Positions 19,688 through 29,520 of a stretch of DNA of 52,345 bases are shown piece after piece. Source of the DNA: Fibrobacterales bacterium (GTDB lineage Bacteria > Fibrobacterota > Fibrobacteria > Fibrobacterales > JAOPTW01). Below the pieces are notes generated by a model. That model ran no database searches and was not told where the DNA came from. It was given only the letters and a program-made list of their open reading frames with translations. Positions within the stretch are counted from its first letter, which is position 1. The number at the start of each line of letters is the position of its first letter. The stretch is taken from assembly GCA_051532035.1 (NCBI GenBank), contig JAOPTW010000064.1, positions 1 through 52,345 on the forward strand, given 5' to 3'. The translations under genes were made by a program, and so were the position numbers.

Positions 19688-22600
19688 TTACTCCTTTATC
19701 ACCTCTGACAAGCACTTTTTAAGTTCATCAATACTATAAGGTTTTCCTAAAATTACTTTTATGTTACTTACAGCACTCACACTGTTATGTCTAAGATTAT
19801 AGCCCGTACAGAGTATCACAGGGAGTTTTGGTGCTCGTATTTCTGCAACACCCGCGAGCTCTATTCCTGTCATACCAGGCATTGTTTGGTCAGTAATCAT
19901 TGCGACAAACCTATCAGATTGTCGCTCTATCGCTCTTACTGCATGTGTAGGATCTGTATAAGCTTCAACACCATAGCCTAAATCTTCAAGAATCTCTTTT
20001 CCTACCTCTATCAATGATGGCTCGTCATCAACTAACAACACAATTCCCCTACCCTCGGTCTGACTCAAGATTGTGGGATGATGGTACTTTACTTTCTGAT
20101 CAGTTTTTGGAAAGTAAAATTTAAAAGCGCTCCCTCTACCGGACGAAGTATCTACTATAATATTCCCCTCGAGATCATTCATAATGCTGTGCACAACAGC
20201 AAGCCCCATACCAGTACCAGAGCCAACGGGTTTGGTGGTATAGTAGGGGTCGAATATTTTACTTAATGTATCACGAGCAATTCCTGGTCCTGTATCACGT
20301 ATCGTAATAACCGAATATGCACCAGCACTAGACTCTCCACAATACCCAGTTATTCCATCAGGCAAAACAATTTCTTCATGAGATAATGTAATTTTCCCCC
20401 GATTATTCATAGCATAAGCCGCATTACTACATACATTCATTAAAAGCTCATGAACATTAGTAGCATTAGCCATGACTGCTTGAGTATCATCCGTAAGATG
20501 TTCTTCAAAAAACACCGTTTTTGGTATTGTAGCCCTGATCAACCCAATAACCTCTCTTATAATGGGCGAAAGTAAAATAGGTTCAGCAGCAGTTTCAGCT
20601 TTTCTACTAAACCGCAATATTTTATCAATCAACTCTTTAGCTCGGTCAGCAGCAATTTTAATTTGTTTCAGGTTACGCTCAAGCTTACTGCCCTCTTCGG
20701 CAAATTTCATTGAAATCTGTGTGAACCCATAGATACCCCCCAAAATATTATTGAAATCGTGAGCAATGCCCCCCGCAAGATTTCCAATAGCATCCATCTT
20801 TTCATTTTGCCGAACGCGCTGCTCTAGGTCTCTAAATTCTGTTAGATCTACGACCGTCCCCATGATTGATGTAATGTTTTTCCCATTCCTTTTACTCAAT
20901 AAATTAATTAATACATACTTCTGTACACCCGCTTGATTAACCTGTTCAATCTCAATATTTTTAAATGCATACTCATGTTCAATCCAGCGAGCAGTAACAT
21001 TAATTCCTGCATCATCATCGTCAAATAACTCACCGAGAGAACACCCAGTTACCTCGTCTATAGAATTAAAACCATATACTCGCGCATACGCATCATTACA
21101 CTCTACTATTTTTAATGAAGATTGCACCAAAGATACTTGTTCATCATGAGGCAATGTGGTATCGAGCGGTGGAGAAAACTCCAAGATACAGACACCTTGT
21201 GTACTCACATCTATAAACTCTTTGTACAGTTTCTCAGCACGAGCAAGCTTTTGGGTGCGACTCCTCACCTCTTTTCTGAGCCTCCAATTCCAAATGAGTA
21301 TAACTAAAATTATTGATAAAATAATTCCAAATACCTTAACCACTATTCCAAAATTAAATGTGTGATCATACTGTACGGTACTCCACGAGCTATGTATCTG
21401 ATGATGCTTTTTATCGGGAATTGCTTGGAGTACTTTTTGAATAATGTCTCTCAATATCACCCAATCTTTGCGTACTCCCATTGTTAGCTCATTTCTATAC
21501 TCAGTAGTGCCAGCAACTTTGATGGTTTGCATATTGTGTTTACTAATATAGTAACCCGTCGTTGCCAAATTATCAACAACAGCGTCAACATCGCCCCCCT
21601 GCAGTAATTCTAAGGCAATCTCAACAGAAGAGACTGGTTCGATGTTGAGATATGGGTAATCCCTCTTTAGCCACTCCTCGACGGCATACCCAGCCACAAC
21701 AGCTACTCGTGCACGTTTTAAATCTACAAGACTCGATACATAAGAAACATTTTTCCGAGTAAAAATGGCAATGGGGTAATCAAGATACACATCGGTAAAT
21801 GTCAAAAACTGAGAACGCTCCGGGGTTACAGAAAGTGCTGTAAAGAGATCAATTCGTCCAGCTTCGGCATCTTCCATAAGCTCTTCCCATGTTCGATTCT
21901 CAACTATTTCAAAAGTAATATTCAGATGTTCTTGTATTAAGGTGAGATAATCTATTGCAACCCCATGATAGTGACCACCTTCATCTTTAAATTCAATGGG
22001 GGCCCACTGCGGATCTACCCCTACTCTAAGCACCGGATGTTCTCTCAGCCACTCCCTCTCATATTGTTCAAGATATACAACCACACCTTTTTTATCAATT
22101 TCTGGCATACTCACCCATTGTGCATCTAATTTACTCCATTCTCCTTCAGAAACACTTTTCAGTGTTTTTGAGAGTATCGAATGAAGGAGAACATTTTTTT
22201 TATTTACACCAATATGGTAATTTTTAACGAGGGAACTAAAAGCTCCGGAATTGACTTGATTAATTTCTCCTACGACACGGAGGTTGGTGAGTACCTGCTT
22301 ACGTGTCCAATAGCCGCCTACAGAGATAAGTTGCACCGTAGCGTCTGCCTTACCCAACGAGACCGCCCTAAGAGCTTCGAGATAAGAATCCACATAGAGT
22401 GGTTCGATTGTAGGGATTGACTGTTTAACGGACTCGTTAAGTGCATCACCTTTCACTATGGCAACACGCAGGCCATTAATATCAGCGATTTGGGAAATAG
22501 TACTATTATCTCGATTAACAAATACTCCAAAATCTGCGGATTTATATGGCTCACTAAAGATGAACTCTTTTTCACGTTGAGCTGTTTTATAGAGCGACAT

Positions 22601-22918
22601 GAGTACATCTATCTCACCTGTTCTAAGATGGGAGAGTTGCCGAGGAAATGACTCTTTTATGTAGTGCACCTTAAATCCCACTTTATGAGCCATCAACTCT
22701 ACAAGATCGATACTATAACCAACAGGAATACCTTTGCTCTGAAAATTAAACGGGACATAATCTGCTGAGTTTCCCACCTTGATTAATGGATTATTTTGTA
22801 TGTAGAGCCGCTCCTCCGGGGTCAAAGATACTGTAGAAAAATTAGCATTCGCTAAAGAAACAAGTAATAAGATGACGGCAACAAAACAGACACTACTAAG
22901 ACTTCGCATACAAGGCAC
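19688..22918 (-). CDS. Hybrid sensor histidine kinase: 2x periplasmic SBP, TM, PAS-like, HisKA, HATPase, REC (BvgS/EvgS-like sensor)
   Basis: DYVPF and QWAPIEF SBP motifs; LAGGIAHDFNNIL H-box; DTGPGI; GTGMGL; LLVDDE and TDQTMPGMTG. Confidence 0.93.
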   Translation of the reverse strand: MPCMRSLSSVCFVAVILLLVSLANANFSTVSLTPEERLYIQNNPLIKVGNSADYVPFNFQSKGIPVGYSIDLVELMAHKVGFKVHYIKESFPRQLSHLRTGEIDVLMSLYKTAQREKEFIFSEPYKSADFGVFVNRDNSTISQIADINGLRVAIVKGDALNESVKQSIPTIEPLYVDSYLEALRAVSLGKADATVQLISVGGYWTRKQVLTNLRVVGEINQVNSGAFSSLVKNYHIGVNKKNVLLHSILSKTLKSVSEGEWSKLDAQWVSMPEIDKKGVVVYLEQYEREWLREHPVLRVGVDPQWAPIEFKDEGGHYHGVAIDYLTLIQEHLNITFEIVENRTWEELMEDAEAGRIDLFTALSVTPERSQFLTFTDVYLDYPIAIFTRKNVSYVSSLVDLKRARVAVVAGYAVEEWLKRDYPYLNIEPVSSVEIALELLQGGDVDAVVDNLATTGYYISKHNMQTIKVAGTTEYRNELTMGVRKDWVILRDIIQKVLQAIPDKKHHQIHSSWSTVQYDHTFNFGIVVKVFGIILSIILVILIWNWRLRKEVRSRTQKLARAEKLYKEFIDVSTQGVCILEFSPPLDTTLPHDEQVSLVQSSLKIVECNDAYARVYGFNSIDEVTGCSLGELFDDDDAGINVTARWIEHEYAFKNIEIEQVNQAGVQKYVLINLLSKRNGKNITSIMGTVVDLTEFRDLEQRVRQNEKMDAIGNLAGGIAHDFNNILGGIYGFTQISMKFAEEGSKLERNLKQIKIAADRAKELIDKILRFSRKAETAAEPILLSPIIREVIGLIRATIPKTVFFEEHLTDDTQAVMANATNVHELLMNVCSNAAYAMNNRGKITLSHEEIVLPDGITGYCGESSAGAYSVITIRDTGPGIARDTLSKIFDPYYTTKPVGSGTGMGLAVVHSIMNDLEGNIIVDTSSGRGSAFKFYFPKTDQKVKYHHPTILSQTEGRGIVLLVDDEPSLIEVGKEILEDLGYGVEAYTDPTHAVRAIERQSDRFVAMITDQTMPGMTGIELAGVAEIRAPKLPVILCTGYNLRHNSVSAVSNIKVILGKPYSIDELKKCLSEVIKE

Positions 22919-23016
22919 CCAAATAAGATGTTAAGACATCTTAGTATACTATACTTTTGACCAATATTTCGTGCAAAAAACTCAAAATATGAGGCATAAA
23001 AGGTAAAAATGGACTT

Positions 23017-23640
23017 TTAATGATTCAAAGTGATAGTATTGCGCCCAAGTACCACCTTACCCTGTTTTTCAAGCTGTTTTAATAATCGACTCACCACTTC
23101 ACGAGTCGTATGAAGCTCATCTGCAATATTTTGATGAGTCCCTCTCAGTGTGTTACTATTTTGTGCAATAGACTTTTCGGTTAAATACTGCATCAAACGT
23201 TCATCCATTTTATGAAATGCGATGGAGTCGATTGTGTTGAGTAGTTCGCGGTACCGCTTTTGATACGAGCCAATAATAAAATTTTTCCATGAATCAAATT
23301 CTTGAATCCATGCATCTACAAATCGATAGGGCACAAGAAGCAGCTCCGAGTCCGTTTCGGCAATAGCTTTAATCTCAGAAACTGCACGTTCAACACCACA
23401 CGTCAATGAGGTAGTACACGTCTCCCCTTCTGCCAGAAAATAGATGAAAATTTCATTTCCCTCAGCGTCAACACGGTGAATTTTTAAAGAGCCATTGAGT
23501 AAGAGCGGTATAGAGAGGATAGCATCGCCGGGCTTAATCACCACATCACCAGCAGCTACCTTTTTCTTAATGCCATGCTTTAATATGAGCGCATTGAGAT
23601 GGGGATCAGAGAGATCCGGAAACAGTTCTTCAAATATCAT
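23017..23640 (-). CDS. Crp/Fnr family transcriptional regulator
   Basis: cNMP domain (LLNGSLKI, GETC) and HTH THQNIADELHTTREVVSRLLK. Confidence 0.93.
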   Translation of the reverse strand: MIFEELFPDLSDPHLNALILKHGIKKKVAAGDVVIKPGDAILSIPLLLNGSLKIHRVDAEGNEIFIYFLAEGETCTTSLTCGVERAVSEIKAIAETDSELLLVPYRFVDAWIQEFDSWKNFIIGSYQKRYRELLNTIDSIAFHKMDERLMQYLTEKSIAQNSNTLRGTHQNIADELHTTREVVSRLLKQLEKQGKVVLGRNTITLNH

Positions 23641-23687
23641 AGTGATTCATATTATAAATGAGCATATCAAAAAGTATAGAAATTTAT

Positions 23688-23745
23688 AAAAGGGCGTGGG
23701 GTGATTGCTGCCAGGAAACCATCACCCACACCCTTGGTTTTGAAA
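23688..23745 (-). terminator. Intrinsic terminator after MBL/rhodanese gene
   Basis: Minus strand AAGGGTGTGGGTGAT...ATCACCCCACGCCCTTTT. Confidence 0.7.
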
Positions 23746-23752
23746 ATGAGCC

Positions 23753-25153
23753 CTATACGATAGTACTCGGACAAACATACGCAGTTACCGGAACTCCGGC
23801 TGCCATAATTCCATTAAACCCACCATTCACATTAACAAGATTATGATAGCCACGCGCTTTGAGCATTGAGACACCGATCATGGAGCGGTAGCCGCCAGCA
23901 CAATGTACATATATTTTTTTATCCGTATCAACTTCCCCCATACGTTCAGAAAGCTGATCAAGGGGTATATTGCTCACGAGGGGTGAATCTACATGTTGAG
24001 AAATGTACTCAGATGTATTACGTACGTCGAGTACTGGTTTTTTCGTAGCAATCTGTGCAAACTCTTCAGCCGAAACCATAGGGATTTCTTCCACAGGATT
24101 GCCCGAAGCCTGCCATGTTGGAAATCCACCTTCGACTATTCCGATAACCGTATCATAGCCAACCCGCGCGAGTCTCATAAGAGTATTCTCCTCTTCGCCA
24201 GGTTCTGCCACCACCACAATCTTTTGATTGAGATTTGGGACAAGGGTTCCCACCCACGTAGCAAATTGGCCATTTAAAGGAAAGTTTACACTTTTTGGTA
24301 TATGGCCTGCCCCATAAGCAGCAACTGTTCTAGAGTCAATAAGCAGCGCCGACTCTTGATGCAGCACCTGTTCTACATCACTAGCCGAGATCTTAGGAAT
24401 ATCTGACAACGCTATCGACTCAGCGACCCCTTGTTTATTCAATAGCGCATTCTTAGGAAAATACTGTGGAGGTTTTGTAAGTCCTGTAGTTACCTGAGTA
24501 ATAAAATCTTCTTTACTCAAATGAGCGAGAGCGTAGTTTTCACGCTTCTGCTGTCCGAGTGTCCCGATAGTTTCTTTACTCATATTTTTTCCGCAGGCAG
24601 ATCCAGCACCATGTCCAGGATAGACAATCAGCTCATCTGCAAGCGGCATGATTTTTGTATAGAGGCTTTCATAGAGATCACTCGCAAGGTCTTCAACGGT
24701 CTTATCAGACTTTACTGAAAGATCGGGCCGCCCCACATCTCCCAGAAAGAGTGTATCCCCAGTAAAAAGCGCATGCTCTTTTCCCGCCTCATCAATCACC
24801 ATATAGGTGGTACTCTCCAATGTATGACCTGGCGTATGAATTGCCCGTATGGTAATATCACCAAGCAGAAATTCTTCACCATCTTGAGCGACAGTTATGG
24901 CGTACTCAGGAGTTGCACCTGGTCCATAAACAATTGCTGCTCCTGTTTTTTCGGCAAGTGCAACACACCCTGTCACAAAGTCTGCATGAAAATGGGTTTC
25001 AAATACATATTTAATGGCTGCATTATTTTGCTGAGATTTTTGTATGTAGAGTTCACTTTCACGGAGAGGATCAATGATCGCCACCTCACCTTTTGACTCT
25101 ATATAATATGCTGCTTGCGCTAAACACCCGGTATATATTTGCTCGATTTTCAT
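23753..25153 (-). CDS. MBL-fold persulfide dioxygenase with two rhodanese domains (CstB-like)
   Basis: ETHFHADF, HTPGHT, GDTLFLGDVGRPDL, HGAGSACGK; C-terminal rhodanese HCAGGYRS. Confidence 0.92.
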   Translation of the reverse strand: MKIEQIYTGCLAQAAYYIESKGEVAIIDPLRESELYIQKSQQNNAAIKYVFETHFHADFVTGCVALAEKTGAAIVYGPGATPEYAITVAQDGEEFLLGDITIRAIHTPGHTLESTTYMVIDEAGKEHALFTGDTLFLGDVGRPDLSVKSDKTVEDLASDLYESLYTKIMPLADELIVYPGHGAGSACGKNMSKETIGTLGQQKRENYALAHLSKEDFITQVTTGLTKPPQYFPKNALLNKQGVAESIALSDIPKISASDVEQVLHQESALLIDSRTVAAYGAGHIPKSVNFPLNGQFATWVGTLVPNLNQKIVVVAEPGEEENTLMRLARVGYDTVIGIVEGGFPTWQASGNPVEEIPMVSAEEFAQIATKKPVLDVRNTSEYISQHVDSPLVSNIPLDQLSERMGEVDTDKKIYVHCAGGYRSMIGVSMLKARGYHNLVNVNGGFNGIMAAGVPVTAYVCPSTIV

Positions 25154-25223
25154 TGTAACCTCTATTACTCTAGTATATTGTATTTCTATTAATTATAATC
25201 TACCCAATTCGTCACCTTGTTTC

Positions 25224-25239
25224 AGTGACATTTGTTACA
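25224..25239. promoter_or_regulatory. Crp/Fnr-type site AGTGACATTTGTTACA, class II position relative to -10 TAGATT (minus strand)
   Basis: Near-identical to the site at 26352, with the same spacing to a TAnnnT hexamer (25197-25202). Confidence 0.75.
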
Positions 25240-25267
25240 CAACAAGCTCTACAGGCTCTCCTACCCA

Positions 25268-26293
25268 TTACCCAATTATTTCTTTAGAAAGAATTACCAC
25301 TGCCATTACGAGCACGAACCAACCAAATCCCTTTTTCAGCTTTTCTGCCGATATAAACCCATTGAGCCAGCTCCCAATAAATATTCCTCCCAAACTTATG
25401 GACGAAAAGAGGATTAAAAAAGACCAATCGATCTCTTGATTTGAAACATCACCCAAAAAACCGAGAAGTGATTTTACTGATATTATAGCGAGAGAAGTAC
25501 CCACAGCTACCTTCATAGGGAGGCCAGCAAGCAAGACAAGAGCAGGTATTATGAGAAAACCACCACCAGCACCTACGATACCTGTAACTGTCCCTACGAG
25601 CATGCCTTCAAAGATTATGGCAATAACTACTCCCCATTGAGGCAAGGTACTTTTTGAATGTTCTTTCCCTTTCTTTTCACGAATCATACCATAGGAAGCA
25701 AAGAACATGACCATTCCAAAGAGCATCATAATAGCACTCCCTTTTGTAATAGTGATGACCTCGCCAAACGAGAACGCTTCAGGAATTATAGGAATAAGAT
25801 ATTGGCGGATCACAAACACCATAAGAGCAGCGGGAACCATGAGGCCATACACTTTATAAAAGCTGATGTTTTGCCCCCCTGAAGATGCCTTTTTGAGAAC
25901 AATAGCTGCAATTGCCAATCCACCGAGAAGGGTAATGCCAAAGAGCGTATTGGTTACCCACTCATTCTGAATAATCGTACTAAAAGAGTCTGGGAATAAG
26001 TCAAGGAGATATTTACGCGTTAAAAATACTGCGACAATAGACGGGAGTGCGAAAATGAGCCCTGTTTTAAGGTTCAGTAAGCCTTTTTTGAAATAGGATA
26101 CTGTACCGAGAAGCGATGATGAGCCGACGACAAAAAGGCTATAGGCTGTTGCAAGCATTGGTTCAATGCCAAAGAGATACACTAAAATAGGCACCGTGAG
26201 AATTGAGCCTCCCCCACCAATCATACCGAGTGATATACCGATAAAGAGGGCTGAAAAATAGCCTATAACTGTTAAAAGGGTTATGCCGTCCAT
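25268..26293 (-). CDS. Sulfite exporter TauE/SafE (TSUP) family, with internal duplication
   Basis: LGMIGGGGSILTVP, ATAYSLFVVG, GIVGAGGGFLIIPAL, AVGTSL; GGAG RBS before ATG 26293. Confidence 0.92.
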   Translation of the reverse strand: MDGITLLTVIGYFSALFIGISLGMIGGGGSILTVPILVYLFGIEPMLATAYSLFVVGSSSLLGTVSYFKKGLLNLKTGLIFALPSIVAVFLTRKYLLDLFPDSFSTIIQNEWVTNTLFGITLLGGLAIAAIVLKKASSGGQNISFYKVYGLMVPAALMVFVIRQYLIPIIPEAFSFGEVITITKGSAIMMLFGMVMFFASYGMIREKKGKEHSKSTLPQWGVVIAIIFEGMLVGTVTGIVGAGGGFLIIPALVLLAGLPMKVAVGTSLAIISVKSLLGFLGDVSNQEIDWSFLILFSSISLGGIFIGSWLNGFISAEKLKKGFGWFVLVMAVVILSKEIIG

Positions 26294-26351
26294 GAATACT
26301 CCGTGGGAGTGAAATCGTATAATAAAGATACACTGAGTAGGGAGTGAGTTC

Positions 26352-26367
26352 AGTGACAAATGTTACA
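26352..26367. promoter_or_regulatory. Crp/Fnr-type site AGTGACAAATGTTACA, class II position relative to -10 TATCTT (minus strand)
   Basis: Shares TTCAGTGACAwwTGTTACA with the 25224 site; -10 hexamer at 26325-26330. Confidence 0.75.
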
Positions 26368-26425
26368 GAGGGATGTTTTTTTTGGTTAGTTTTTTTTCTC
26401 TTCTTTCCTTTTTTATTTTTAGTTT

Positions 26426-26876
26426 CTGGGGGTTTTACCCCCAGCCCCCCACCTATGGATGCGTCAAAGCGCGCACCCTTAGGGAGCCCCCGGTGGCTTG
26501 GCCGAGCAGCAATGCAACGCATTGTGACCAGGCGCGCTTTTCCTTGCGGAAGGCAGTAACACATAGCTATTCCCTTATTGGCTCGGAAAAAATGGAATTT
26601 TTCCTTTGTTGGTGGCATGAGCGAGGTTTGTTGATATTTTATGCTCAGTAATAGAGAAACCAATACATTATGTATCGGTACAAAACAGTGTAACCTGGTC
26701 CAGATGTACAAAGCATTTGTAATGAAGCCCTCAGCAGAGTGCCTTTTATTCATCAGCAAACATTGCTTCCTCACCCTACGGGTTTGCCTGCGGCAAATGC
26801 TAAATGCTCTCGCATTTAGAGGTCCAGTCTTTTGGGCACCCAAAAGGTCTGGCCGCATCCAGGGGCGGCCCCCTGG
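26426..26876. repeat. GC-rich multi-hairpin non-coding element (REP/REPIN/MITE-like)
   Basis: Terminal hairpins CTGGGGG-TTTTA-CCCCCAG and CCAGGGG-CGGC-CCCCTGG, with many internal stem-loops. Confidence 0.6.
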
Positions 26877-26977
26877 GAACTATATTAAAAGAATAAACAT
26901 AAATAGAGAAAAAATAATCTAAGCCTTCCAATCAATAGTATAGTACAATAGATGACTGTCAAACCAGGTAGATACAT

Positions 26978-27523
26978 ATGAGAGTATTTTTGGCGTTACA
27001 AATACCCGAAGATGAAAAGTACACGTTAAGTACTCTTCTCTCCGAGTACTATAAGCATTTCAAAACATTTAACTGGATCAATGCGATCAATTACCATGTG
27101 ACCATTCATTTTCTGGGTGATCAATCACAAGACTCTGTTGATGAACTCATTAAGACGTTACATAATTATGATTTTTCAGGGCTCTATCACCCAATCTGTG
27201 TCTCTGAGGTCACCTATTTTAAGAAGAGTGATCGATCAACAATACTCCACCTCCCTATTGATTACCCAAACCACTGGATTAAAGAGTTGTATGACATACT
27301 CAAACCCATTGTAGAGCGTTATTGCCCCGTTACCCACCTCAATTTTAAACCCCACATAACCATAGCGCGTACCAAACATCGACTGCATCAAAAAGATTAT
27401 GAATTTTTTGAAACCCATCCAGAGTTCTCGACCTTAAACCCTACTTTTCTAACACTCTATCACTCAACATCTCAAGAAGGACAGATTGTGTACAAAGACT
27501 TAGCTAGGTATTCTTTGAAGTGA
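26978..27523 (+). CDS. thpR: RNA 2',3'-cyclic phosphodiesterase (2H family, LigT)
   Basis: MRVFLAL start and two HxT motifs (YHVTIHFLG, FKPHITIAR). Confidence 0.9.
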   Translation: MRVFLALQIPEDEKYTLSTLLSEYYKHFKTFNWINAINYHVTIHFLGDQSQDSVDELIKTLHNYDFSGLYHPICVSEVTYFKKSDRSTILHLPIDYPNHWIKELYDILKPIVERYCPVTHLNFKPHITIARTKHRLHQKDYEFFETHPEFSTLNPTFLTLYHSTSQEGQIVYKDLARYSLK

Positions 27524-27703
27524 ATACTCTTCAGGATAATCCATAATTATTCATGTATTACAGCTATGTTTTTGAGCTATTTGTATGTCTGATTTGTTCA
27601 AGAATTTCTTTAACAGGATAATTATCTAAGTGCACATCTAAAACATCAATTATCATACCCCTTAAGGCATCTGTATGGTACACTTATTCTGGAGGATAAG
27701 ATT

Positions 27704-28606
27704 ATGGTACATACTGTGAGTAAGCTTATCATTATTACACTGTTTGTTATTACCTATGGTATAAGTGCAGAAAAAACAGATACCTTAGTAATAACTTACC
27801 CCGGTCCTGAATCTTCTCTTGACACAAGGTTTACCCCTCTTATTAAGATGGTCAAAGAAGCTCTGGAAGAGACTACTAAGGCATTTGGTCCCTATCGACT
27901 CGAGCCAAGTTCTTATTTTATTAACGAATGGCGTGCTGTTTCTGAATTACAAACGGGCTCTGGAGTAATTGACATTACTATGAGACCAACATCGAAAGAA
28001 TTAGAACAACGACTCACCCCCGTTCGATACCCCCTAGAAAAGGGGCTTATAGGGTATCGACTTTTTTTCATTCATCAGGATGACAAAGATAGATTTAAAC
28101 ATATCACAACCCTTGACCAATTAAAAGCCTATTCTATTGGGCAAGGTAAAGTATGGACCGATGTCCCAATATATACCCACAATGGCTTTACTGTAGAGAC
28201 TGGTTCATCTGGTGAAGGTGTGGGATATGAAGGGCTCTTCACTAAGCTTCTCCTCAAACGATATGACATATTTCCTCGGAGTGTACTTGAGATTTACCAA
28301 GAATTTAATGATCGGACAAATACCTATCCCAATCTTTATATCGAAGACACCATCCTCCTCCACTACCCATTTGCTCGCTATGTTTGGGTTTCAAATACCC
28401 CTAAAGGAGAACTCATTAAACAGCGACTGACCGTCGGTTTTGAGATGATGTTGGACAATGGCATGTACGATAAGATATTTATGAAAAACAATCAAGCCAC
28501 ACTTGAACGGGCACAATTGAAGAAGCGAACCCTTATCGAAATGGAAAACCCTTTTTTCCCTGAAAGCGCGCCCATGCACCGACCTGAGCTCTGGTATACT
28601 CCTTGA
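27704..28606 (+). CDS. Stand-alone periplasmic substrate-binding protein (family 3-like)
   Basis: GGAGGA RBS, signal peptide, KGLIGYRLF, GQGKVWTD, FPRSV, ELWYTP. Confidence 0.8.
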   Translation: MVHTVSKLIIITLFVITYGISAEKTDTLVITYPGPESSLDTRFTPLIKMVKEALEETTKAFGPYRLEPSSYFINEWRAVSELQTGSGVIDITMRPTSKELEQRLTPVRYPLEKGLIGYRLFFIHQDDKDRFKHITTLDQLKAYSIGQGKVWTDVPIYTHNGFTVETGSSGEGVGYEGLFTKLLLKRYDIFPRSVLEIYQEFNDRTNTYPNLYIEDTILLHYPFARYVWVSNTPKGELIKQRLTVGFEMMLDNGMYDKIFMKNNQATLERAQLKKRTLIEMENPFFPESAPMHRPELWYTP

Positions 28607-28707
28607 TGAATATATTGGACAGTGGCGAATAGCTATATACCATTTTTACTATTCAAAAGAAAATGACTTTAGTTATATTATGAGCTAATCCTTGATGCAT
28701 CTGACTC

Positions 28708-29436
28708 ATGAACCTATCAGACTTAAGAAGGCATAATGGTATCTGGTTTGTACCCACTTCAAATGCCCCCATCCACATCCAAACGAAACTTGTTTCTTTA
28801 TTGTCTAATGATGAGGTTTTGAAATATAAACGCTTTAAGCGTGATAAAGCCCGCAACTCATTTGCGGTCTGTCGGGGCGTGTTACGTCTTCTCCTCTCTC
28901 ACTATTTAAATACAGATACTTATTCAGTTCAATTTGTTCAAAACCAGTTTGGAAAACTATTTTTACCCCCCTCAAACCCTACAATACACTTTAATGTTTC
29001 TCACTCACATGACTGGGGAATGATTGGATTATCGCATTCAGCTCCTATAGGAGTGGACCTAGAGGCATGTAAGTCAAGAGTAAACGCAGGAAGTATAGCG
29101 AAACACTATTATCATCCTGAAGAATGCACTGTCCTACAATCATTGTCAGAAATTGATGCCCTCAAAGAATTCTACACAATATGGTCTCGGAAAGAGGCCT
29201 TTGTAAAAGCCATAGGTAAAGGCATGATACACCCATCTCAATCATACAGCACTTGCTATAATGACGAAAAAGTCATTACTATCGAATACGCATCAAAAAA
29301 ATGGAACATTCAGGACATTTCAGGACCCGATACCTATTCTGCCGCACTTTGTACTCACGCGCCATCAAATAAGCCGATAGTTACATTGTTAAACTGGTCG
29401 GCCCTAGAAGAGTTACTTACATCATATACCTGTTGA
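28708..29436 (+). CDS. Sfp-type 4'-phosphopantetheinyl transferase
   Basis: FNVSHS, IGVDLE and WSRKEAFVKAIG motifs. Confidence 0.93.
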   Translation: MNLSDLRRHNGIWFVPTSNAPIHIQTKLVSLLSNDEVLKYKRFKRDKARNSFAVCRGVLRLLLSHYLNTDTYSVQFVQNQFGKLFLPPSNPTIHFNVSHSHDWGMIGLSHSAPIGVDLEACKSRVNAGSIAKHYYHPEECTVLQSLSEIDALKEFYTIWSRKEAFVKAIGKGMIHPSQSYSTCYNDEKVITIEYASKKWNIQDISGPDTYSAALCTHAPSNKPIVTLLNWSALEELLTSYTC

Positions 29437-29520
29437 ATCAGAAACCTTAAAACAGAGCACTATACCAATATTTATATTTTTTTATAAATTTATGCATATT
29501 CCTTATACTATAGAGCTTCT

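Noticed and set aside
26163..26922. ORFs of 231, 71, 92 and 93 aa over the hairpin element
   Set aside because: Non-protein-like composition on both strands, explained by the GC-rich palindromic element.
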